Shown here one piece after another: positions 27,929-52,730 of a stretch of 64,000 nt of DNA. Numbering within the stretch: the stretch's first letter is position 1; each line of letters opens with the position of its first letter. The stretch is from the NCBI GenBank assembly GCA_040954595.2, contig CM082577.2, positions 1,364,001 to 1,428,000 on the forward strand, in the 5' to 3' direction. The stretch comes from Balanoglossus misakiensis (lineage: Eukaryota; Animalia; Hemichordata). The notes below the pieces were generated by a model. That model made no database searches. It saw nothing but the letters and a program-made list of their open reading frames with translations, and was not told the origin of the DNA. The position numbers and the translations under genes are program-made.

Positions 27929-28746
27929 TTAAGGCGAAGATCGTCTCGGCGCCAAACTCTGCTCGTAGCGAGTCCACTGATCACGACCCAGGCTGTAAAT
28001 GTACAATTGACGTAAATAACATCAGACGGATATCAATATTCATAGAAGATGTTACCATATATATAGACTGAAGTGATCGTTTAAAACCCGAATGAATGTG
28101 CTACAGAATCAGTCATTTTCAATCATATCACTTTCATGATAATGTTGACCACATTCTTAGAAAGACATGCTTAGGAGATAGCAAAATAAACATACTTGTT
28201 GACCATGTAACTGTCCCGGCATGCATTTGCTTTGTCGGTGGATATCCAGGTTGTTGACAACATCTCTTCGCTGTCACACATATGGCACTGGCCAGTCCAG
28301 CTTGTTGTCTTGTCGCCCCCATTGAAGACAACAGTAAAACCGAATGTAGGGAAACCGCAGCCTTCATTATTTCGACATGAGGAGTAGCCGACGACGAGTT
28401 TAGGGCCTGTTTTGTAAACAAGCGTAAATATGAGGGCATCTTTCGCCGAAGGCGCTGTACTATTCATCAGTGAAATACATGTACATTACAATTCATGATG
28501 TACACCAAATATTGGTATCTGACATGTTGATTGAAAGGAAATGATTTTAAACAGATATAACAAAACTACCATAAAATTTGTAATGCAAATAGTTGGTGAC
28601 TTGTGGTCTCTTACCGGCATCAAAGTTGAGGGCGCGTTCGTAGGCTGTTCTGTGGCTACCGAGAAGCATACCGGTCGGGGTTTTCTCCAGTGTGATCTCA
28701 TCGCCGAGTTGATTGTACCATGTCCCGTCCAGGTTACAGTATGTCG
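27929..28746 (-). CDS. Avidin-like C-terminal domain exons of fibropellin B (3 exons)
   Basis: GTWYNQLG (same as the streptavidin motif), [20 protein letters not shown] and GRDQWTR. Confidence 0.92.
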
Positions 28747-31700
28747 CTGAACAAACGAGAAGATGTTGAGATAGAAATCTGAAAAGTTTGGACTGACATG
28801 TCTAGAATGGTAGATGATAATACCCATGAAATACTTAGTCTAGTAGAAGGTGAATACCGTTTTGTGCTACCTTGACACCAGTCAGATTAATTCCATCATA
28901 AAGCAAATATATTTAAACCAAGTATAACTTTTACCTAAACTCTGTAAATTTGTATACAAGACAAAAAACGTATATTGTACTATTGCTAACGCTTTGCGTG
29001 GCTCAATTTTTTGCACCGGATTTTCTCAATTTGCCTATACGCCCGAAGCCCTGACAGGCAATATAACACAACATGTATATGACTGGTTCTCTGATGAAAT
29101 ATATTTCGAGCTCATGTGGTTTGATAAAATATAAATTCAAAGTATTCTCACCCGTTTCGCAGTTATATCCAATGAAACCTTCTCTGCAAGTACATGTATA
29201 GTGACCCGGGTTATTATTGCAAGTGCCACCGTTTTCACACGGCAGACTTGAACACTCGTTAATATCTGGATGAAAACAAACAAGATAGAATTAATTAGGA
29301 AAATAACAGAAATCACTGTGTCGATTTTTTTCGTACATGAAATCAATCTTACCAAACGGCGGTAACAGTACCTTGTACCTACACGATAAAGGCCTAGGCA
29401 ATAAAATTACTATTCCGAATATATTCATTGAATTAAAATAATGAAAATATCAGATATTAAACTAAGCAAAAGTAGACATTTGACAGCTCTGTATGTTGAC
29501 TCAACAATCGTTTACAGTTCGTCATCTGCGAGACAATTCTACACTTCCTGTAATTGTGGAATATGGAAATGCAACTTACCTATATCGCAGTGCATGCCGG
29601 TATATCCTTGATTACATTCACAGTGATAATTGCCGAGGCCTTCATCGACGCAGACGCCATTATTGCATGGGTTTGGCTGGCACGGATCCAGATCTGATAA
29701 AAAAAAACATATTTGCAATTTATTTACAACATATTTGACAAGAACAATGTTTAGAAATGAAAGTTGGGCTGGAATATTTCGGTCGAATGTTTGGCGTCAC
29801 AATCGATGGTAAACGATCACCCATAAACACAGGCAGTTAAAACATGCAACATGAAACTGTGTGACTACTTACAGATGTCACAAATCCGTCCTGTCCAGTT
29901 CGGGGGACAGAAACACGTGAAAGAATTGATGCCATCGGTACAGATACCTCCATTGAGGCAAGGATCAGGGGCACAATCATCAATATCTGTCCAGTCAAAA
30001 GAACATAACATTGTTACCGGTATATGTGATCAGCATGACGATTTGCTCATTTCAATTTCAATATCATTCTCATTTCTAATTTTATTCCATAGAAATTCTC
30101 TACCAAAATGATCACGTCGCGTGAGAGAATGTCTTGCTTGATAAGCTAGGCTATGTCTAGAACGAATTGAAAATTCATATAATTGCATTACTTAGTTCAC
30201 AGTTAGTTCCAGTATATCCCAGGTCACACGTGCAGGTGTAGAAGTTAACGCCATCATTACATGTACCACCGTTCATGCAGGGCTGGCTGACGCACTCGTC
30301 AATATCTGTCAGTACCACAAAGAAACGCGTTATTTACCTACATCTCTCAATATTTCAATTTCGCATTTATAGAATATCTATGTAGGTGAATTTACATGTG
30401 AATATAATTTATACACAATGCGTAATGCGTATAGCAAAGCTATGTCAATGATGTCAGGTGTTCCGAAAAGAGTGAGTAGGCATGTTTCAAATGTTCTTAC
30501 AAGACCCATTAGTAATCATGAAAGTATCAAACTGCAATTATCTATGGTTTACTATTGAGGTGTAGGTATGCGCTATAAAGCTCAGAAAGAATTTACCGAC
30601 ATTTTTCTTGTTTACGGCATCGTAAACATCTAGTTTTTTATGTGATTCTGTCTATACCTCTCTGTATTTCCCTTCTACGTCAAATGCCTATGAATCCTAT
30701 GGCAGTTAGAAGGACTTAGGTAGTATATAATTTCCCTAAGTTATTAGTATGGGGTGAATGATACTAAATGAATAACATTTTCGTTCCGAGAACTTCTTTT
30801 CGAGGCATGTCTTTTGCAATGAATATTTGTCGATCCAAGGACGATAATTTTTCAAGAAATATTCTTCTTAGGCCATTTTGTACTTTCTCCCTGAGATATT
30901 TCTTCTCAACGCCACGTCCCCGTCGATTTCCAAAGAACGATTCTCCGGGCACTGGAATGTTTTATTCTGAGAGACCACTCTCCACTTTGTCTCCCAAGCA
31001 CAGTGTATTCCTACGTGAACTCCCCTGGTGATGCTTTGTCCTAAAGACCATTCTTCCAAGCAGGTTTTCCCAATACACCATTCTTCTGTACATTTTTCTC
31101 AAAGAGTCTCTCCCGAGGATTTGCCAAACGACCATTCTTCCAGAGATTTGTTCTCACTACAGCACATTCCTTTTGTTGCTTATCCATAAACCACTCTCCT
31201 TTGGAATTTATTATCCTATACATCGCTCCTTCCAATGTTGTCTGTAGTGTCGGATCAAATTCTCGCTAACGCATCCGCAAAATCACTTTCTTTATATATC
31301 TGTCCGTGAAAACTCTTGAATGTTTTTAACTAAATTAATTTATGGTGTAGGTGTCAAAAAGAATTAAGAAATGAATCTAACTCTGGAAGCAACATTAGTT
31401 AGCAAGTATAAGGGATAGAAACATAACAATTCGCTTCACTTCTCATAACCAAGACTAAAATGGTGGCATCATGAGAAGTACTTCAATAGTCTTATACTTT
31501 CATGGAGTAAAATCATGAAGACATAACTTTTACCTGTTTCACAGTGAGTTCCCGTGAAGCCTGAGACACAATTACAGACGTATCCATTGACAAGATCAAT
31601 GCAATTCGCCCCGTTTAGGCATGGTGAACTTTGGCATTCGTTTATATCTGCAACAGGAAGTAATGTCATGACCTTAGGTCTCGGTAGTTTGCAAGGAATT

Positions 31701-34700
31701 GGACAATTTTAGGCTAACAAATTACAAACTTTGACGCTTTTGGTTTCTTAAGAAGCCTTTTTGCCAGTTTACGCCTTCTTAACGAAGATAAAGATTTTGT
31801 TCGTTTGATTAATATTCGTAATAACGGCATATAGACGAGATTGTGTTATTTTGCAACGTTGAGATATTACAGGTACTAACTGATTTCACAATGCGTTCCG
31901 GCATATCCAGGCAAGCAGGTACAGGTGTACATATTTACATCGTCGGTACAAATGCCGCCATTTTCACACGGACTGCTGCTGCATTCATTAATATCTATAA
32001 AAGAAATAAGACAGAGATAATTACTTAACCACTAAAACTGCTTAATACATGTACTTGGCATAGATATGTGAAATTAACAGTAAAATATGGACAGTAATCA
32101 TAAGGATACTGTTCAACATATGATAGAAACTACATGTATGTAACTTACCTATTTCACAGTGGACTCCGGCAAATCCAGAAACGCAATTACATGCATACTG
32201 AGCAATTCCATCGACACAGGTACCTCCATTCTGACACGGTGCAGACCCGCATTCGTGGATATCTTTTGAAGGAGAGAGACACACACGAAGACTAAATTAG
32301 TTCCATGTTCATGAAATCCCTGTCCCAAAACCCGACAGTAAATGAAGCTTGTGATGTGGACCGTTTATCTTCATTCACTGCATCCACGTCACTTCCTGTG
32401 CACACTCATTCTTTGCCCCTTTCTCATTGGCTGATGACCACAGATTGGTCCAGACTTATCTGACACAGCAATACCTACTCGTTTCACAGATGGTCCCTTC
32501 GAATCCTTGTGGACAAGTACACACGAAGGCGTTCACTAAATCGGTGCATATACCTCCGTTGATACAGGGGTTACTGCTGCATTCATCGATATCTGACGAA
32601 CAACAAAAGCAAAATTTGTTTCATTTTTTGCAATGTTTTTGACGGTTGTTTCGATATGAGCAACTTCGTTGTAGTCAACAAACGCCTAGCCTACTAACTA
32701 CGTTTCCATTAAATTGCACCCATTTTCTCAGACACCACTTTGCTTATATGCACATCATGGAAAACATCTTTGGTTTTTAAGATATAAACATCTGGCTCTG
32801 ATGGCCGTATCGCACTTACTGATATCACAGACGGTTCCTTCCCAGCCAGACACGCAGTTACATTGAAACATAGCGATGCCATCAATGCACGTTCCTCCAT
32901 TCATACAAGGGCCCGAGGCACATTCATCAATATCTACAGAGAAAATAAAGACAATCAATATTTTCAGAAGATCAATGATCTGACAATGGCCCAAATTATA
33001 ACATTATAACATTAAGTTAATTTTATTTTTCAGAGTTAATCTTCTGTGTTCTTACAGTCACTATCGTATATTGTAATAATTTGATGATTCCAAATTGATT
33101 GATACGTACTCGTTTCACAGTTGACCCCCGCGAATCCTTGTAGGCAGCTACACATGTAGGCATTGATCAAATCGACGCAGTTTCCTCCGTTCTGGCAGGG
33201 GTTGCTGGCACATTCATCAATATCTGTAAGGAGAGGAAAGAGGAAAGAAAGTTGGAAAATGTGTTGGCCGGTCAATAAGTCACGTGATAGTCCCTGCATG
33301 TCAGTTGGTACTACGTACATCATCGATATGTCAGGTTACTAAAGAACTTACTGATATCACAGATGGTTCCTGCCCAGCCAGACACGCAGGTACATTGAAA
33401 CATAGCGATGCCATCAATGCACGTTCCCCCATTCATACAAGGGCCCGAGGCACATTCATCAATATCTGCAGGAAAAATAAAGACAGTTAAGAATCTATGT
33501 TAACATAGATGCTGATTCATAAGTCTAGTTTCATACATGTACAACGGAAGGCTAGCATGACTAAATTCGTCTGCAGTAGAATTACAGCTACGTCGACCGT
33601 AATAAATTATATTAAAGTGAGTCAAAAAGGATTGTGACATGTTGTATAGTTAGCAGCGGTATACTAACCAATGTGATGACAAAAAACTATGAGTGATAAA
33701 AGAAGCTTACTTATTTCACATGTAACCCCAGCATATCCAGTTACACAGGTGCAGGCGAAGCCGTTGACGCCATCAATACACGTGCCGCCATTTTCACAGG
33801 GAGTACTGGCGCATTCGTCAACATCTGCAGTCAACATGTAATATAAAGAATTAATAATTGGCGAAATAACATAGGGAGACTGTAAGAGTCGAGCTAACAA
33901 ACCGAGGGAGCAGAAAAATTGAATTGAATACTTAACATGATGCATTTCAACTGTTACTTGCCAAAGATTTACGCTTGTTTCTATTAAACAACTTGGACTT
34001 ACTTATGCCACAGTTGTAACCAATGAAACCAGCAGCACAGGTGCATGTAAACATGTTGATTCCATCAATGCAAGATCCGCCATTTAAACACGGTGAGCTG
34101 CCACATTCATCAATATCTTGTGAACAGAAAAATAAGTGAAGAGAAATTTATTATTAATCAAGTTTAAATAAATGAATAATATCATAGCACGTTTGTGGAA
34201 GAGAACAACTTTTACCATTCGAATGCACAAAAATTCATGAAAGCAGTATAACTGGCATTCCTTGTAAAACAGTTGTAATTTCTCGCTTCCCATACAATGG
34301 AAAGTGTACCAGTTATGTATCGGTCACAATTGAATGAGAATGGCCACTCACTTATTTCACAGTGGACTCCGGCAAATCCAGAAACGCAATTACAAGCATA
34401 CTGAGCAATTCCATCGACACAGGTACCTCCATTCTGACACGGTGCAGACCCGCATTCGTTGGTATCTATATATGAGAGAGAGGGGGAAGAGATAGAGAGA
34501 GACGGTCAGAGACAGAGAGACAGAAAGAGATAGTCATAAAATCGAATGCGCACATATTGATACAAATACTAGTATGAGCTTCATTGGTACGTCAAGTTCT
34601 ATCAAGTTCTGGCAATGTTGTTCATGTTGATAATTAAGAATTTTAGGCATACTCTAATTGTTCGCCTGAATACAAAGAGCGTTACATACTCGTTTCACAG

Positions 34701-37700
34701 TTGTTCCCTTCAAATCCTTGAAGGCAGGTACATATATATGCATTTACCAGATCTGTGCATAGACCACCGTTCTGACAGGGGTTGCTGGCACACTCATCAA
34801 TATCTGTGATTGAAAAGGCAAATAAAAGGAACGTTATTTCGCATTACACAAGGCAACCATAACCCCTATGCGACAGTTTAATTCAAAAGATCCTGACTAC
34901 TTACTTGTACCACAGAGAGTTCCAGCCCAACCGGGAAGACAAATACATTGAAATGATGCAATACCATCGATACAAGCGGCTCCATTCAGACAGGGATTCG
35001 GTAAACACTCATTAATATCTGTGTATAAATGATGATAATGAGGGTTTTAGGGAATTTAATTAAAATCAGAAGAGAACAAAATGTATTTTTATAAATCATT
35101 GATCATACACAAACCGCACGATGATGAAAGTGTTTGTATAACACAGTCGGTGCGAAATCGAACATAAAACAAATGCCTATAATGATTTTACAATGTTAAA
35201 GGCACTAGGCGTTAAACACGTGATATATTCTTTTAATCCAGTTGCAAATTGTCGCTATGGTTCAATTATCACTGTAATGATAACTTAGAACTAAAGACAG
35301 AACGTCATCGACTGTAAGCCTACTTATGCCACATGTAACTCCAGCAAATCCACTTGCACACCGACAGGTGAAACCGTTGATCATATCTTCACACGTTCCA
35401 CCGTTTTCACAGGGATTGCTTGCACATTCATTAATGTCTGTAGTTGTAATTAAATAGACGCAGATAAAGAGATAAAAAAACACATGAATGTTGATGCAAT
35501 AAATAAACAAGTTCATAAGACAAGGTCCGCGAGAAAAAAAAACATTGTATTAACACATAGTATTTATGTTAATACCAAAAAGATATATAGTAAGTGCTAA
35601 TCAAGGGTTTGACTTGAGTTGCATCAATTACCAAGATGACATTTATAAGATCGTGTGACAGTGCGGCTTTTTGATAAGAAATTTACTGTGTTTTTACTAT
35701 CATCTACGTGGTCGGGTGATTATTGGTGTCTTCTCCGCTCTATAGGTGATGTCAGTTGCTCGTTGGAAGTAAAATTGGTAGACGGTGCCTGTTGGTAGTG
35801 GAGATGGTAAATTGAAGGTGGTGGCGAGTCTTTGCGATTAAAATGTTGAGTGGTAAAGATCCATTGCTTCGATAGTCTTCTCTGTGTGCTACATGGTGAC
35901 AGATGCAATTTAGTCGCCGAACTGGTGACGACTGTGACCAAAACGGCTTTTGGTAGTCCAGGTGGTGAAATCTTCCCCTGCGAATTCTCTGAGTTGTATC
36001 AAGGTTATGTTCAACCCAGCAATAACGCCACAGTGGTATAAACATCTTAGTATTATTGATGAGGATGGAGATCCACTATGTTCTTCTACATGGGAAGTGA
36101 AGTTAGTAGGAATTGTCCACATTGAGGAAAGAAGATGGAGATGGCTAGGGTGTTTCTTAGTGGTTCTGATGGTGTGTTTTTCTTACACCTTTCGCGTACC
36201 TTGTAAAAGCAAATATGGATCTAAAGTATGGTAGGGTGGTGGGAAGCATCTCTCAGACGTGAAAACAGTAAATATCACGTTTCACCACATACTTCTTAAA
36301 CCTCATACTAAACATAAGCAAGGATTAGCCTTACAAGAAACCTGAATATGACTGACAGGGAGCATAGCATAGCATAGCATAGCATATGGAATTAAATAAA
36401 TTTGACCGGTCATTTACTTTATATGTACACTCTTTCTGAAACACCTGACATCACTTTGATGTGTGCCACAGAGCCCAATATATTTTCCATCAAATAAACA
36501 TTTACTTACTTGTGCCGCAGTCGAAGCCAGTAAACCCGGTCACACACATGCAGGTAAACATGTTAACTCCGTCAAAGCAAGTACCACCATTCAAACACGG
36601 CGAGCTTAGACATTCATTGACATCTTGCAAAATGAACAAAATATTACAGTAAAATTAATCATTGTTATGAATAATCATGACTTATATTATAGTATCTATG
36701 AAATCTGTTTTTGCTTTTCTTCAGAACAAATCCTTCTAGTTTTGTCTAAATTTGAAATATGCATTCCGGTAATGTCAAATCAATAAGTTAACGTACAAAT
36801 ATGCAAATTACGTTAATTATGCAAGCCGGGTCAACTGCAACCCAATAAGCTCATAGTGTAAATGTGTTATATAAGCGATAATGAACGTCTCTTACTGATT
36901 TCGCAGTTGATGCCCGTATAACCAGCTTGACATGCGCATGTGTAAAAGTTTATGCCATCAAAGCACACGCCGCCATTTTGACAGGGAGCGGAGGCGCATT
37001 CATCAAAATCTGTAGGAAATACAAGAAAGTAGAAAGTAAAACATGTTATTGTATGTCACGATTTTAGGTATTTGAGCACGGTCCCTCCAATAGTGGTCTG
37101 TTTTCAATGAAGATTTGATTGAGACGCCGGGAAAAAATACTGGCGCGACGAGTTTTAATCTTCTTCAATTGATCCACCCCTCATAAACGACTCACCGATT
37201 TCACAGTTCACTCCGACATAGCCAGGTACACACCCACACTGGTAGCCATTGACTAAATCAGTGCACGTTCCACCATTTTGACATGGATCACTGGCGCACT
37301 CGTCCGTGTCTGCAATGATGAAAAAAATGATGAAGCGTCAACATTAGAGTTCCATTAAAACTGCATCGTTTTGTCCTTTTTCACCGTTCGGCGATTCGCT
37401 ATCAATCAAACACTTTTGCAGGTTTAAGACTTCTACAACTGAGGGGAAAACTACAATTACTAAAGCCCTTGTTTTGCATATTACATCCTTATAAGTACAA
37501 ACTGCGTACGGAGTGTGATGATGACGGGCAAGTTTACAACCACCGACCACAATGTTGATCAGTACCACATTCCAATATTTTGCGGTATCCACTTACCTAT
37601 ACTACACACAGTCCCTTCATATCCAGCAGCACAGGTGCAAGTGTAATGGGCGATAAGATCGTTACATACACCTCCGTTAAGACATGGAAAACTTGAGCAT

Positions 37701-40399
37701 TCATCGATGTCTTTAATGAATAAAATGAAGAAAAAAAGAATACTAACTCAAAACCGCAAGAATTCATACAGAGCAGTTAAATGTGTGTCAAAATATACCC
37801 ACACGCCTTAGACTGCAATACGAACTAGTACAGGGACTAGACGGGTTTCAAACATTTCAGCAGGCTAGTTGTGTGCGCTGTTATCGAAGAGGAAATATTA
37901 GGTTATTTACCTATTTCACAATTGTCGCCAGTGAATCCAGCCACGCAGAAGCATTGATAATCTTGCCACGCATCAACACACTGACCTCCATTCACACACG
38001 GAGAATTCCAACAATCGTTTCCATCTGCAAGTATTAGAAGATAGCATGTCAGAAAAACATGTACAGCAAAGGATATGCTAGTGTTTTTGTCTCTGCGGAC
38101 TGTCTAGTGTGCGCTAGTACACACATGACTGTTTCTATACATATGCCATAAGCCATTATGTAATATATCACAAAGCATGATGAGCATGTCAATCGGCTTT
38201 GCGATGTGATCTGAAAGGGCCACCTCATAACCATTTTATTTAAAGTAACTTTGATTTCGAAAGTGCAATCTCAGCTCAATAACATTTTCTGTATTTAACA
38301 CAAATATTCAGTTTGTTTTGCACTGATTTCCAATATGGCAATTTTGTTCAGTCGTAAGTGAAGACACGTAGTATTTTCAATCGATTGAAATACATGTAAT
38401 AGAAGATACTAACCTGCCGAATACTCAAGTTCGAAACCATTCAGCACAATGTTACGATCGCTGCTAAAAATGAACCAGACATTCTGTGAGTTTAGAGTAA
38501 GTTTTGCCGGTAAACTATTGGCATCAGTCAGGTTGCCATGGAACGAATCAATTCTCTGTCTAAAGTCGGCGACTGTACCCGTGCCATACTCCAACACATC
38601 CTTATTTTCCTCGGTGTTGAAGTAGTTGAAATTGAACTCTATCTCTGAAGCTCCGTGTACGCGTACGTAGTAATGGCACAACTGTCTGTTTCCATAGAAA
38701 TTCGGATAGTTGGGGGATTGTATGAGTCCCGAAGAATTGCTGAAAAACCCGCCGCAGTTGTAAGCTGGTTTAGAGAAATAAAAAAGATACAGTTTAGGCT
38801 GATGTGGAATCAGTGCAAAGTGATATAATGTAGTATTGTGTAAATGTTGGGTCGCCGCTGACTGTATCCGAGTGTCAGTTAATATATTTCAAGTGGAAGA
38901 AGTGTTAGCGCCACCGGATGGTCAAACTGGAAAATACATACGTTTATCTTGCTCACTCATTTTTTGTTGTCAAAAGAGTTTATGATCTACTTTTGATACA
39001 CAATTTGTGAAATATTTCTGATTAAGTTCACATTTCACACGTTATGTTCTTGGGAAGAAACAAAAAGCCTTTGTAGCTGTTAAAAACATACGTACAAACG
39101 AAAATCTCGCAGTTGTCGCCCTCATAAGAACCGGTACACAAACAAGTGTATGCGTTGACTCCTAAACCATCCACGCATGTAGCGCCATTCATACATGGAT
39201 CGCTTGAGCATTCTGTAAAAACAATGTAAGATAACAAGTTAGACGTTGGTGGCGATGGCGCAGTAATTATAAGTACCACTGGAAAGCCGTCTTATAAACA
39301 AAACGAAAAAAGCACGCTGCAGACTATTTGCATCACAACAAGAAGTCAAATTGTCTTTGGAAACTGACTTTGAGCAATAATTCCACAGTGCGTTTCACTT
39401 TATTGTATGTAGAGGACATAAACGAAATAAGGTCAACATCAAAACGGTAAAATGGAGCGAGGTCGAATGCCCTTTTGAAATTTTCTGTTGTGAATTCAGG
39501 TGTATCCAAATGCAGTGGATGCCGCCGGGAATTAATTAAAACTGGTCAGTTCGGTTCAATCTGCATGAATTTGCTTTGATAAACCAATCTTTCTCTTGAG
39601 ACTTCAGTTACAAGTGAATATTTACTTTGGTGGATGTGTATGGTTCATGAAACTCAAAGGGTTACGTATAACGAGATTCAGTAGCACGCATTTTGTACAT
39701 GTAGGAATTTTCACTCCACATTCCTTCCTGTACTCTGAGGTCATAGATGGCACCATTTGTATTCTACTGTTGCCTCGAGGCTGGTCACACTCCAATGAAT
39801 TTCATTTTATTGCCAAGCCCTTCGATTGAAAATCGACCTATGTTTGTTCCCAGCCAACATTAAACCGTAGCAGGTGAATTTATTTTATTTCACCGAACTA
39901 ACAGGTTTACATTTGGGATTTCAATACAGCGAACAATGCGAGCCGTTTTCAAATGCAGTGGAGCAGATTACAACAGTATTGTAAAAAAAAAAGTGGTCGT
40001 ATAGGGCAAGGGTGGGGAGTAATGAAATTGTGGGTAACAAAGCAAAGTGTTTTCTCCGTGAATAATACATTTACAAAAGGATGTAGCTCTCCTCCATGCC
40101 TTGTTCTCGTTGTTACCAACATCATTTGCAATGTGTAATATAACTATATTAATGCAAATCGCTTTATCACACAGACAGCAATCAAGCGCTCACATTTATA
40201 AAAATGTAGACTATCACAACCGATTTGGCGCCCTTTTCCAAAGAAGGCAAATGTATATACCATAAACGAAGTAACAAAACTTGATTATACAAACCGCTAA
40301 CTTACCGTTTGCAGCGTCGACATGAGCGACGATAAAAAACGAGAACACAAAAAGTGTTTGCAGGAGCAAGTCCAGAGAACGGCGTACAGTGTTGTCCAT
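27929..40399 (-). CDS. Fibropellin-like protein B: signal peptide, EGF, CUB, 22 EGF, avidin-like domain; about 1158 aa; ends ...APRRSSP
   Basis: Exons (minus): SP 40306-40399 ([31 protein letters not shown]); EGF 39096-39212; CUB 38414-38764; EGF 37911-38024, 37597-37710, 37196-37309, 36896-37009, 36510-36623, 35324-35437, 34905-35018, 34690-34803, 34352-34465, 34003-34116, 33711-33824, 33352-33465, 33110-33223, 32820-32933, 32479-32592, 32149-32262, 31881-31994, 31534-31647, 30192-30305, 29873-29986, 29580-29693, 29152-29265; avidin 28615-28746, 28196-28406, 27929-27992 ([12 protein letters not shown]...[10 protein letters not shown]...TTSWTGQC...[15 protein letters not shown]). Confidence 0.92.
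30960..31200. repeat. Degenerate short tandem repeat (accattcttcc/accactctcc units), possibly a decayed element
   Basis: Units at ~30974, 31048, 31077, 31131 and 31190. The minus-strand translation gives recurring EEWS/C-x-GK peptides broken by stops. Confidence 0.45.
34473..34530. repeat. GA-rich low-complexity tract
   Basis: gagagagagggggaagagatagagaga...gacagagagacagaaagaga. Confidence 0.7.
36361..36385. repeat. (AGCAT)5 microsatellite
   Basis: agcatagcatagcatagcatagcat. Confidence 0.85.
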
Positions 40400-41908
40400 T
40401 GTGCGAGTTAAAACACCGAATGCAGCGGACCCTGATGGGATCCCTTTGAAACGGAAGCTTTTTTTCGCCGATCGCTTCGTGATAAATCACTAAGAAAACA
40501 GACATTTGCCGATTCATTCTTTGTAAAGCCTGGAAGGTCATATCGGATAACACCGCTGACCCGTGCACGCGCAGTGACATGTGTATTGAAGATTGTCACA
40601 GTTTGGACTGCAGAGTAAAAATGTTCCATCACCATAACATACCGGTTGATAGAAGTGATGGTAACTCCGAAAATTAAGCCAAACAACATATTAATGAGAC
40701 AAACACATTATTGGATTGCTTCGTGTTACATTTATTTTCCGAATTAAAAAAAGATGACAAAAAACTGACAGATTCAGTGAATGTTACAATGCTGATTCAT
40801 TAGTCACATGAACAGTACAGTAAGTAGGTCTGTTTCAGACCAAACATAACCAAGGCCAAAAGAGGTGCGCTGTGAAATGCACCGGATGGCCTGATCTTGT
40901 AATAATAATTCTTCCTCTTGGTGTACACGGATGCCGAACATGGCCAACAACGGGCGATAACAACCAGCTGTTAGAAATACTTGCCGAATGTGATTAATTG
41001 AAATTCGGTGAAAAGTAGGGAAAGAATTTGCATATAAATAGAGAAAACCCTCATTTTACTTGGTGTGACAGTAATTGTTTGCTCCCCGCGGTGAAAACAG
41101 GTGGCACAACGAGATTGGCCAATCGGAGAACTTCATGGTCACGCTACACGTTGCCTCCAGATGACAACGACGACGACATTTCAGTTTTGATGCGGCGTCG
41201 ATGTATGATTCGTGCATCAAATCGACCTTAGCGTAAACTTAATTGATCGAAGGTGGAAAAAAGAAATCCTTCGTTTGCCACCAGAAATGACTAACGCCTC
41301 GAAACAACAAATACACTTAGTGGAAATAAAGAATAATGGTTAGAAAATGTCACCTTCTCGTTAGAAAACCAAGGCTTTGGTATGTACTGTAAAAATGGAA
41401 TAATTATCTTAAATATTTGGCTAACCATAATTCGCCGATCACATCAAAATGACCGAACCGGTTTGGCGTGTGAGCTCAAATTGCTTACAAAAATATGTTA
41501 GTATAATACATAGTATCAGTCTGTATGTGATTTAACACATTTGACAGCCACTATCCTTTTACACTACAGTTTATGATAAGCCACTGCAAGTAAAACTATT
41601 TCTCTGAATATCTACAATATATAGACAAATCTGAACGCGGGAATCCGGAAAGACAGTTGATCAGGAATAGGAAAAAAACATGTCGTCCACAGCCATTTTA
41701 GAGCAGCATGTAAAATATGTAAAATCCCTACAAATACTTTTTTGAGACTCTCGTTAGTTTTTGGCCTTATAAGAGTTGATTGTACGGAATCCTTCAAACG
41801 ACGAGTCCCGTTGACAAATTTGACCGGAATATTTTAATTAAGTAAAATATCTACAAGACTAAGAAATCAATGATGCGTTTACTTTCAACAGCGATCGTAC
41901 TGGTAAAA

Positions 41909-52730
<10,822 letters not shown>

